From: Nitriliruptor sp.
Lineage (GTDB): Bacteria; Actinomycetota; Nitriliruptoria; Nitriliruptorales; Nitriliruptoraceae
DNA length: 64,000 nt
Assembly (NCBI GenBank): GCA_040882055.1
Contig: JBBECA010000065.1
Location: 19,457-83,456, forward strand
Reading direction: 5' to 3'
The position numbers and the translations under genes were made by a program. Of this stretch, positions 1 to 14,100 are shown one piece after another (positions within the stretch are counted from its first letter, which is position 1; every line of letters begins with the position of its first letter). The notes under the pieces were generated by a model. That model saw nothing but the letters and a program-made list of their open reading frames with translations. It was not told the DNA's origin and ran no database searches.

Positions 1-18
1 CGCCCCGACGTGACCCGT

Positions 19-511
19 AGCGTGTGCCTCGCCGGTCGGGATGCGACTGCGAGACACGCTCGATCGGCCGCCACGGGAGCCGGTGCAGGACCCCGTGACG
101 AGGTGGAGGACCGTGCCTGGTCCGCCGCGAAGGATCGCCGCCCTCCGGGTCGGGGAGCCGGAGCGGAGGATCACCAGGGACGAGCCACCGACCAGGAACG
201 TGCGACGCCCCTCGGGGCGGCGCCGGGAACGGTCGGGGGTCCGCTCCGGACCACCGGGGAGGCGGGACCCGCGAGGGTCAGCGCACCCGGAGGACCGTCG
301 GACCGACACCGAACAGCTCGAGATCCGCCACTGCGCCTGGCGGGTGACGAGCGGCACCACCGCCGCAGCGGGACGGTGCCACCCGAAGGATCACACGGTC
401 ACGCGGCACCCTCCGGGGTGCATCGCCCTCAGGGGCGCCACCCTCCGGGGTGCACGGGACCGATCCGGAGGAACGACGAGCCCCGGTGACCTGCGAAGGT
501 CACCGGGGCTC
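19..511 (+). ncRNA. Candidate large structured non-coding RNA (family unknown; 5' end uncertain)
   Basis: No credible ORF (low GC3, R/G/P-rich shadow frames). Dense nested helices: 19-25/54-60, 62-67/460-465, 109-115/394-400, 158-167/240-249, 188-193/231-236, 316-330/338-352, 353-358/375-380. GCGA and UNNG tetraloops read correctly only on the + strand. Confidence 0.65.
478..511 (+). terminator. Strong terminator-like hairpin closing the structured RNA
   Basis: Perfect 15-bp stem GAGCCCCGGTGACCT-GCGA-AGGTCACCGGGGCTC; no U-tract, as is common in high-GC actinobacteria. Confidence 0.7.
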
Positions 512-633
512 CGTCACGTCAGCGGCCCTCGCGTGGGCGTGCGACGGGACGAGCGTGTGTACGTGTCACCACCCGCTGGCAGACTGCGAGCCGCCGGCCG
601 GTCGATGCGCCGGCGCCACCACCGGGGGTACTC

Positions 634-3600
634 GTGCTGCACGTCCACCACGCCGACCGTGCCGACGCACTCGTCGGCGCGCTGGCCTCCGTGTTGCGCC
701 AGCCACCGGCGGACGCGTTCGCGCCCGAGGTCGTCGCGGTGCACTCGCGCGGCATCGAGCGCTGGATCGCGCAACGCCTCTCCCACCACCTCGGTACCTC
801 GCCGGACCGGGGCGACGGGGTCGCCGCCAACGTGCGCTTCCCCTTCCCCGGCGCGCTCGTCGGTGATGCCGTGGCCCGCGCCACCGGGACCGATCCACAG
901 CGCGACCCGTGGCGGCCCGAACGGCTCGTGTGGCCGCTGCTCGACGTGGTCGACGAGGCCGTCCGCGAGGGCCGCGACGATCTGCTCGGTCCGCTGCGCT
1001 CCCACGTCGCGGACGCGGACGGCCGACCCTCCGACCGGCGGCTCGGTGCGGTCCGCCGCGTCACCGATCTGTTCGACCGGTACGCCGTCCACCGCCCCTC
1101 CATGCTCCGCGCGTGGGCGGACCGCATCGACGGCGGCGACGACCCGCGCCTGCCCGCTCCGCTCACCAGCACGGCCCCGGACGTCGGGGGTGACGGCCTG
1201 GAGCTGGCCGAGCGCTACCGCTGGCAACCCCAGCTGTGGCGCGCGGTCCACCGCCGGCTTCCCGCCGCGTCGGGACCCGAACGGCTCGCCGAGGCGACGG
1301 CGGCGCTCGCCCGGTCCACCACCGTCGGCGGCGACGCGCTGACGCTCGACCTACCGGACCGGGTCGCGATCTTCGGGGTGACCGCCCTGTCGGCGTCCAC
1401 GTTCGAGGTCCTCGCCGCGCTCGCCACGGGACCGACCCCGACCGCGCCCGACGGTCGCGACGTGCACGTGTTCCTGCTCCACCCCTCCCCCGCCCTGTGG
1501 CGACGCACGGCGGAGCGCCTCGCCGAGCGCGGGCTCGGCGCTGCCGTGCCGGCGACCGCCGCGACGGCTCTCCCGACCCGGGACAGCGACCCGACCCGTG
1601 ACCTGCCACGCGACCCGCTGCTGACGGCATGGGCACGTGACACCCGTGAGCTCCAGGTCGTGGTCTCCACGACCTCGGCGCAGCACCACGACGCGGCGGC
1701 GCCGGGCACGGACCCTTCGCACCCCGATGCGGCGGCTCCCGTCGACGACGACGACGCACCGACGCTGCTCCGCCGCCTCCAGGAGGCCGTCCACGACGAC
1801 CTCCCCCGCGACGCGGCCGCCTCGCTGCCGCTGCTCGCACGGGACGACCGCACGGTCCAGCTCCACCGCTGCCACGGCGCCATCCGGCAGGTCGAGGTGC
1901 TGCGAGACGTCCTGCTCCACCTGCTCGCCGACGATCCGACGCTCGAACCCCGCGACGTGGTCGTCCTCTGCCCCGACATCGAGACCTACGCGCCGCTGGT
2001 CACCGCTGTCTTCGGCGCTGGCCCGGCCCCCACGGGTGGACCGACGGCCGACGGACCGGTCGAGCTGCGGGTCCAGCTCGCCGACCGGTCGCTGCGGCGC
2101 ACCAACCCGCTCCTGCGGGTCGTCGCCGAGTTGCTCGACCTCGCTGCCGGCCGGGTGACCGGCTCCCAGATCCTCGACCTGTGCACCCGCGCGCCGATCC
2201 GCCACCGCTTCGGCCTCGACGAGGACGATCTCGGGCAGCTCGAGTCGTGGCTCGACGCCGTCGCGATCCGCTGGGGGTTCGACGAGGACCACCGTCACGA
2301 GCTCGGCGTCCCGACGGGTGCCAACACCTGGCGCACCGGCCTCGACCGGATCCTGGTCGGTGTCACCACCGCCGACGAGCAGCTGCGCACCGCGGTCGGC
2401 GTCACGCCCGAGGACGAGGTCGAGGGGGACGCCGTCGAGCTCGCCGGCCGGTTCGCCGAGCTGCTCGACCGCCTGCACGACATCGTGCTCACGCTGCGGA
2501 CCCCGCGACCCGTCGGCGCGTGGCTCGACGCGCTCGGCGAGGCGGTCGAGCGCCTCTGCGCCACGGGCCCCGACGACGGGTGGCAGCAGGTCCAGCTCGA
2601 ACGGGTCTTCCGCGAGGTCCGCGACGCCGTCACCGGTACGCCCGGCGATGCCGGGCGCCAGCCGCTGTCGCTCAGCGAGGTCCGGCAGCTGCTCGGTGAC
2701 CGGCTCGAAGGTGCGCCCTCGCGCGCCGCCCACCGGACCGGGGACCTCACCGTCTGCACGCTCGTGCCGATGCGCTCGGTCCCCCACCGGGTGGTGGTGC
2801 TGCTCGGCATGGACGACGAGGTCTTCCCGCGCCGGACCACCCCCGACGGCGACGACCTGCTCGCGGCGACCCCGCTGGTGGGTGACCGCGACCCCCGCTC
2901 CGAGGATCGGCAGCTGCTGCTCGACGCGCTGCTCGCCACGGGCGACCACCTCGTCGTCCTGACCGACGGGCACGACGTCCGGACCGGCGACACCCGGCCC
3001 CCCGCCGTGCCGATCGGCGAGCTGCTCGACGTCATCGACCGCACCGTCGCCACCGACCTGCCGCAGAGCCGCGACGACGACGACGGCCCGCGGCTGCCCG
3101 CGTCCGCCGCGATCACCGTCGATCACCCGCTGCAACCGTTCGATGCGGATCGCTTCCGTCCCGGCGGGCTCGGCCACCCCGGTCGTGAGGTGACGCGCGA
3201 CGGCGGGCCGTTCGGGTTCGACCGTGTCGACCTCGCCGCCGCCGAGGCGTTCATCGGTGATCGGCGCATCGCACCGCCGTTCCTCGAGGATCGCCTCGCA
3301 CCCATCGACGACGGCGGACCGCTCGAGCTGCGCGACCTCGCGCGCTTCCTGCACCATCCGCTCCAGGCCCTGCTCGAGGAACGGCTCGACGTCCGCTTCC
3401 CCCGCGACGGTGAGCAGCGCTCCGACGCGCTGCCCATCGAGCTCCGCGGCCTCAGCAACTGGCAGATCGGGGATCGGCTGCTCGCGCACGCCCTCGCGGG
3501 CCGCAGCCCGGACCGGTGGCTCGAGGTCGAGACCGGCCGCGGATCGCTCCCCCCCGGCGACCTGCGCGATGGCCCCGTCGCCGACATCCTCCGCACCGTC

Positions 3601-4385
3601 GAACTGTTCGCCGACCTCGCGTCCGAGGCAGGCGTGCGGATGGGTCCGGACACCGAGTCGGTCGCGGTCGATCTCGAGCTGCCCGGCGGCCACCGGCTGC
3701 GGGGCAGCGTCGCCGTCATCGGGCACACCCGCGTGGCCGCGAGCTACTCGCGCCTCAGCCGGAAGGCGCGCCTGTCGGCCTGGGTCGACGTGCTCGCGCT
3801 GACCGCCGCACGCCCGGAGCACCCGTGGTGCGCCGTCACCCTCGGTCGCGCGGTCTACGGCGCCAAGGCCGAGGGCGGCGAGGACGCGCTCGCGAGCCTC
3901 GCGACCCTGCGACCGGGTCCGCCGCGCACGCTCGGGAAGGGCAAGCGGGCACGCGAGATCGTCAACCCCCTCGGCGATCCCGACAGCGACCCCGGATCCC
4001 GGCGCGCGTCCGCCATCGCCGAGCTCGAGTCGCTCGTCGCCCTGCGTGACCGGGGCCTGTGCGGCCCCCTCCTGCTGCCCTGTGACACCGCCGGCGCCTA
4101 CGCCGAAACGTCCTGGGGAGCCGACCTCGGCCTGCACCGCCGCAGCCCGTTCGTCGCGCTCCGCAACGAGTGGGAGACCGGCGACGGGGCGCCCTTCCCG
4201 CGCGAGGACGCCGATCACGCCCACCAGTTGCTGCTCGGGGAGCTGACCGCCGAGGACCTCCTCGAACTGCCCCCGACCGAGGAGGAGGACGGCGAGGGGT
4301 GGGCCCGCGACGAACCGTCCCTGATCGGCCGCCTCGGTCGGCGCGTGTGGTGGCCGCTGCTGGCCGCCGAGGAGGTACGACACCG

Positions 4386-4389
<4 letters not shown>
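634..4389 (+). CDS. recC: Exodeoxyribonuclease V gamma subunit
   Basis: 1251 aa. N-terminus MLHVHHADRADALV...EVVAVHSRGIERW, plus CHGAIRQVEVLRD, EPRDVVVLCPDIETYAPL and VCTLVPMRSVPHRVV motifs. First gene of a recC-recB-recD operon. Confidence 0.95.
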
Positions 4390-7939
<3,550 letters not shown>

Positions 7940-7943
<4 letters not shown>

Positions 7944-10015
7944 CCCAGCTACCGCTCGACCTCGCTGGCGCCGCCGCACCAACGCCGGACCCGACACGGG
8001 GGCGTGCCCCCCTCGCCACGCCGCTGCTCGGTCGCGGGGAGGACCGCCGTGTCCTCGATCCACCGCCGGCGCTGGCCCCGTTCGTCGACGCCGGCGTCCT
8101 CGGCCCGGCGGACGTGCACGTGGCTGCCGCCCTCGCCCGGCTCGGCGGCGACGACCGCGACGAGGTGCTGCTGGCCGCCGCCCTGGCGGTCCGCGCGCCG
8201 CGTCGCCGCCACGTGTGCGTCGATCTGACGACCGTCCGTCACGGCGTGATCGCCGAGGTCGCCGACGACCTGGCGCTGGCCGCCACGGGCGACGTCCCCG
8301 GCACCGACCACCTCGACACGCTGCCTTGGCCCGACCCGGCAGCGTGGCACGCCGTGCTCGCCGACAGCTCCCTCGTGGCCGTCCGCGACCCGCGGGAGCT
8401 CGCCGAACCGGACGACGCGCAGCAGGACGTCCCACCGCTGACGTTGGCGAGCGACCGGCTCTACCTCGACCGGTACTGGCGCTACGAGCGACGTGTCGCC
8501 CGGGCCTTGCACGAACGTGCCCACGCGGCGGTGGCCGAGGTCGACGTGGCCGCCGGCCGGGCGGCGCTCGCGAGCGCCTTCGACGGTGCGGCCCCCGACC
8601 GGCAGCGCGTCGCGGCCGCGCTCGCCCTGTCCCGGCGCCTGACGATCGTCGCCGGCGGCCCCGGTACCGGCAAGACCACCACCGTCGCACGCCTGCTGCG
8701 GGTGCTGGCCGCCGACGCGCGTGCCGCCGGCCGCCCCGCCCCACAGGTCGCGCTCGCCGCACCCACGGGCAAGGCTGCCGCGCGGTTGACCGAGTCGATC
8801 CGCGAGGCGCTCGACGTCGCCGACCAGGACGGCGACCCCGACGGCGGCGACCCGGACGGCGCCGAAGCGTTGCTGCGGGGCTCGAGCGCGTCGACCCTGC
8901 ACCGTCTGCTCGGCGCGCGCGGCAACTCGTCCCGGTTCCGTCGCTCCGCCGACGATCCGTTGCCCCACAACGTGATCGTCGTCGACGAGACCTCCATGGT
9001 CCCGCTCGCGTTGCTCGCCAAGCTGCTCGACGCCGTCCATCCGGCAGCTCGCGTCATCCTCCTCGGCGACCCCCACCAGCTCGCCTCGGTCGAAGCCGGA
9101 TCGGTGCTCGGGGACCTCGTCGCCGACGTCGACCGACAGCCGACGCGGTACGCCACGGTCCGTGACGAGCTCGTCGCGCTGGCCGGCGAGGACCACCTCG
9201 CCGACACGGCGACCGCGGACGGGCCGGGGGTGCACGACGTCCTCGTGGTCCTCGACCGGGTCCACCGGTTCCGTGCCGGCTCGGGGCTCGACCGGTTCGC
9301 CACAGCCGTCCGCCACGGGGACGCCGACGCCGCGCTCGACGTGCTCACCGACGCCGATGACCTGACCTGGGTCCGCACCGACGACGGCGAGCTGACCGAC
9401 GGCGTCCACGCCGCGGTCCGCGAGCGGTCGGTGAGCGCAGCACGCGACGTCATCACCGCGGCGCGCGAGGGCCGCGGTGACGCCGCGCTCACGGCGCTCG
9501 AGGCCGCCCGCGTGCTGTGTGCCCACCGACGGGGCAGGCACGGCGTCGACGGGTGGATCGAACGCATCGAGGGCTGGCTGGTCGCCAGCGATCCCGACCT
9601 CGACGTGCGCGACCGGTGGTACGTCGGCCGGCCCGTGCTGGTCACCAGCAACGACCGACGGCTGCAGCTGTGGAACGGCGACCTCGGGGTGGTGGTCCGA
9701 CACGAGGACGGCCTGGCCATCGCCTTCCCCGCGATCGACGGCCCCGGCGTGCGCCACCTCGCACCGACCCGCGTCGGCGAGCTCGAGACCGTGCACGCCA
9801 TGACGGTGCACAAGTCGCAGGGCTCGCAGGTCGGCCACGCCGTGGTGGTCCTGCCCGAACCGGCCTCCCGCATCTGCACCCGCGAGCTGCTCTACACCGC
9901 GGTGACCCGGGCCCGCGAGGGGGCCACCATCGTGGCCTCCGAGGCGTCGCTGCGCGCCACCATCGCGGCGCGGACCCAGCGGGCCAGCGGCCTCGGCGTC
10001 GCCCTCGGCCGGTGA
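7940..10015 (+). CDS. recD: Exodeoxyribonuclease V alpha subunit
   Basis: GTGA overlap with recB. Motifs [60 protein letters not shown]. Confidence 0.95.
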
Positions 10016-10578
10016 CGCGCGGCCGGTACCTTGCCGCGCAGCCGGCGGACGGTCCGGTGGGACGACAGCTCGAGGTGCTGGTGGCGCGAGAGGACCGCTC
10101 CACCGACGGTCGTGGCCCGCGCTGGCGTCGCTGGCTGCGCCGCGAGCCGTACGTCTGGCCCGAGGACGGCCCCCGCCTGGGCGACCCGCGCTCCGACGGC
10201 CCGCGGCCGCCCGGCCGGCTGCGCGACGGGTTCTGGCTCGCGCTCACCGGGGCACTGATCGCGGTCACCGTCCTGCAGTTGATCCGCCTGGTGTGGACGC
10301 TGGCGACCAGCGACCAGGTGCAGATCACCGGCGGTCGCGCCTTCGTCGGCTTCCTCATCACCGTCGTGTGGCTGCTGACGATCTTCTGGCTGGCGGCCGG
10401 CGCGTGGCGCCGCAGCGTGTGGGGCTGCCCGTTCGAGCACATCGAGTCCGCCGTGTGGGACCGCCGCTGCCAGCGGCACGCGCTCGTGCCCACGGGCGAG
10501 CCCGCGCCCGGCACCGATGGCGGTTCACCGCCGACCTCGCCCGGCGCGACCGAGGAGCGCGGCGGGCCGACCGCCTGA
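10012..10578 (+). CDS. Hypothetical membrane protein (2 TM), translationally coupled to recD
   Basis: GTGA overlap with the recD stop, high GC3, two hydrophobic segments followed by CPFEH...CQRH. Confidence 0.7.
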   Translation: MTRGRYLAAQPADGPVGRQLEVLVAREDRSTDGRGPRWRRWLRREPYVWPEDGPRLGDPRSDGPRPPGRLRDGFWLALTGALIAVTVLQLIRLVWTLATSDQVQITGGRAFVGFLITVVWLLTIFWLAAGAWRRSVWGCPFEHIESAVWDRRCQRHALVPTGEPAPGTDGGSPPTSPGATEERGGPTA

Positions 10579-10799
10579 CGGGCCGCCACAGCACCGCGAC
10601 CGGTTGCCGCGCAGGGCGGCGCGCTGGTACCGTCCGACCTCGGCCCGAACCACCGAGCGGCTCCTGCTGCGCCGGTTCGCGCAAGCTGACGTGCCAGACG
10701 ACGTGGCCGAGCACTCCGCCGGGACACCGGCACCGCGCGAACGTCCGTGCGCGCTCGAGCGCCGCACCGCCCACCTGCGAGACATCGAGAGACGCCCCG

Positions 10800-11060
10800 A
10801 TGGCCAACATCAAGAGCCAGATCAAGCGCAACCGCCAGAACGAGGCGCGCCACGAGCGCAACAAGGCGGTCCGTTCCAAGCTGAAGACCTACACCAAGCG
10901 CTTCCGCACCGCCGAAGCCGCTGGTGACAAGGACGGCGCGACCGAGGCCTACGCCGCCGCCGCCCAGGCGCTCGACAAGGCCGCCTCCAAGGGCGTCATC
11001 CACAAGAACACCGCCGCCAACCGCAAGTCCGGCATGGCGAAGTCGCTCCAGAAGCTCTGA
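10800..11060 (+). CDS. rpsT: 30S ribosomal protein S20
   Basis: [15 protein letters not shown]...[19 protein letters not shown]. Confidence 0.98.
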   Translation: MANIKSQIKRNRQNEARHERNKAVRSKLKTYTKRFRTAEAAGDKDGATEAYAAAAQALDKAASKGVIHKNTAANRKSGMAKSLQKL

Positions 11061-11097
11061 GCCGACCGAGCACCTGCAGCTCAGCAGCGGACCACCG

Positions 11098-11123
11098 ACG
11101 AGGGCGCCCGATGGGCGCCTCGT
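11098..11123 (+). terminator. Hairpin terminator after rpsT
   Basis: ACGAGGGCGCCC-GAT-GGGCGCCTCGT inverted repeat. Confidence 0.6.
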
Positions 11124-11185
11124 TCGTGCGCGCACCTCACTACGGTGGCCCGAACGCTGAGGAGCGACGCCGGGAGGCAGCGGGA

Positions 11186-14100
11186 GTGATCACCACCGAT
11201 CGGGCGTCCCTGACGCGTGTGCTCGACGCCGTCGCGGCGGCCGCGATCGAGGACGGCCGGGTCGACCCGGACCACGCGGTGGCCGTCGCCCGCGAGGCGC
11301 TCCGCCGTGTCCCGGACGTCGACCTCGACCGCGCCGACCCGTCCACGCTGGCACGCAACCTCACCGCCGGAGCGGGCCTGCTCACCGCCCGCCGCGACCC
11401 GATCGACGTGGCGATCCGGCCCTCCCCCACGCGCGGGGTGAGCGTGGTCCACCTCGCCACGGACGACCGTCCGTTCCTGCTCTCCACCGTCCTCGACGAG
11501 CTCGAGCGAGGCGGTCACCGGGTGATCAGCCAGCTCCACCCGATCGTCGGCGTCCACCGCGACGTCGACGGCACCGTGACCGCCGTCGGGCCCCCGCGTG
11601 ACGCGGCCGAGCGCGAGACGCTGCTGCACCTGGTCCTCGATCGGCCGCTCGACCCTGCCGAGGCCGACGAGCTCGCCACCCGCCTGCGCGAGCTGGCCGA
11701 GGACGTGCGCGCCGCCACCGACGACTTCGACGCGATGAGCGCCCGCCTGCGCGACCACGCGGCCAGGCTCCGGTCCGCCGGCGACGCCGATGCCGACGAG
11801 GTCGCGGCGCTCGTCGATTGGCTGCTCGACGAGCACGTCGTGCTGCTCGGCGTGCGCGAGTACGACCTGGTGGGCGCCGACGGCACCCCTGTCGCCGGCT
11901 CCGGGAGCGAGCCGGCGGCGATCCGTGTCGTGCCCGGGACGGGACTCGGGGTCCTCGCCGACGAGGCCAGCTCGCGGTACGCCTCGCCGGTCCCCCTCGA
12001 CACCCTCTCCGGCGCGCTCGCGGCCACCGTGCGTACGCCCTCGCTCGCCGCGTGGTCACGCACACGGCGGCGCTCGACCGTCCAGCGACGCGTCCGCATG
12101 GAGCACATCGCGTTCGCCATCACCGACGACGGCCGTCCGAGCGGCATCCTGCGGGTCCTCGCGCTGTTCACCCGCCGCGGCGAGGACGCACCCGCGGATG
12201 CCACCCCGGTGCTGCGCCAGAAGCTCGCCGAGGTGCTCGGCAGCGAGGACATCGTCCCGGGCAGCCACGACGAGGTCGTCATCACCTCGCTGTTCCAGGC
12301 GCTGCCGAAGGACGAACTGTTCCCGGCGGACGTCGCCGATCTCCGCCGTGCTCTGCTCGGCTTGCTCCACGCCGAGGACCACCGCGAGGTGCGGGTGCTG
12401 CCTCGGGTCGATCCCGCCACACGCACGATCAGCGTGCTGGTCGCCGTGCCCCGCGACACCTACTCGCCACAGCTGCGTGAACGCGTCTCCGAGCACCTGC
12501 TCGGACGCTTCGGCGCCGACCGCGTCGACGTCAACGTCTCGCTCGGCGACCGCAACGAGGCCATCGCCCGCTTCCTGCTGACCCTCGACGGCGAGGTCCC
12601 CGAGGTCGACCCCCTCGAGCTCGAGGACGCGATCCGGTCGCTCGCCCGCGGGTGGGTCGACGAGCTCCGCGACCTGCTGGCCGATCGTGACGGCACCGGC
12701 GAGGCGGTTCGGCTGGTCACCAGCGTCGCGCGTCGTCTGCCCCGGTCCTACCGCGACGCCGTCGACCCGGTCCACGCCATCGCTGACGTGCGGCTCATCG
12801 ACCAGCTCGTCGGTGGTGACGAGGTGCTGGCGACCGCCTGGCAGCCTGACCGCCGGAACGGCAGCGACGAGCTCCCCGATCGTTGGCGGCTGCGGGTCGT
12901 CGCCCGGGGTGGCGCCCTCGAGCTGTCGGCCTTCCTCCCGGTGCTCGAATCGCTCGGTCTCACCGTGGTCGAGGAGCTCCCCCACGCGTTGCTCGGGCCC
13001 GACGAGCTGCACCTCCACGACTTCGGGGTGCGGGTCCCGGACGCCGCCATCGAGCAGCTGGCCACCGAGGCGGGGGCACGCCGCGCCGCCGACGCGATCG
13101 CCGCCGCCTGGCGGGGGCACGCCCAGGTCGATCCGCTCACCCGCCTGGTCCTGCTCGCCGACGTGACCTGGCGCGACATCGGCGTGCTGCGGGCCTACCG
13201 GCGTTACCGCCGCCAGCTCGGCACCCCCTACACCCCGCGGTACGTCGAGGACATCCTCGTCGAGCACGCGAGGGCGACCGCGGCGCTGCTCGAACGTTTC
13301 CACGCCCGCTTCGACCCGGACCTGCCCGGCGGCGAGGACGCACGTCCGGACGCCGAGGCCGCCGCGCTGGCCTCGTTCGAGACGGCCATGAGCGAGGTCG
13401 TCCGGCTGGACGCCGATCGCATCCTGCGCGGGCTGTCGGCCCTGGTGAGCGCCACCCTGCGCACCAACGCCTTCCGTGACGACGCGGTCGAGGACGGGGG
13501 CGGTGGGCCGTACGTGGCGCTGAAGTTCGACCCGTCCCGCATCCCGGACGTCCCGCTGCCGGTCCCCCACCGCGAGGTGTTCGTCCACTCGCCACGGGTC
13601 GAGGGTGTGCACCTGCGCGGCGGGCCGGTCGCCCGCGGCGGCCTGCGCTGGTCGGATCGCCGGGACGACGTCCGCACCGAGGTCCTCGACCTCGTCAAGG
13701 CCCAGGTGCTCAAGAACGCGCTCATCGTCCCGACCGGCGCCAAGGGCGGGTTCGTGGTCACCCGGCCGCCGCGCGAGCAGCAGGCGCTGCGGACCGCGGT
13801 GGAGCGCTGCTACGTCACCTTCGTCCGCGGGCTGCTCGACGTGACCGACGACCTCGACGACGTCGACCACCACGTGGTCGGTCCGCCGCGGGTCGTGCGT
13901 CACGACGGTGACGACCCCTACCTCGTCGTGGCAGCCGACCGCGGGACGGCGACGTTCTCCGACACCGCGAACGCCGTCGCTGCGCGGTACGGGTTCTGGC
14001 TCGGTGACGCCTTCGCGTCGGGGGGCTCGCAGGGCTACGACCACAAGGCCCTCGGGGTCACGGCCCGCGGTGCGTGGCGGGCCGTGGCGCGTCACTTCCG

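Noticed and set aside
10-489. 159-aa ORF (and the overlapping 41..1342 ORF) upstream of recC
   Set aside because: R/G/P-rich, weak GC3 bias compared with real genes, no RBS or motifs; the region is better explained by RNA structure.
19-511. Assignment of the structured RNA to tmRNA, RNase P, SRP, Ms1 or a c-di-AMP riboswitch
   Set aside because: Signature motifs (tRNA-like ends, GAGGAAAGTCC, SRP loop, Ms1 3' core, ydaO core) were not found by eye; a covariance search is still needed.
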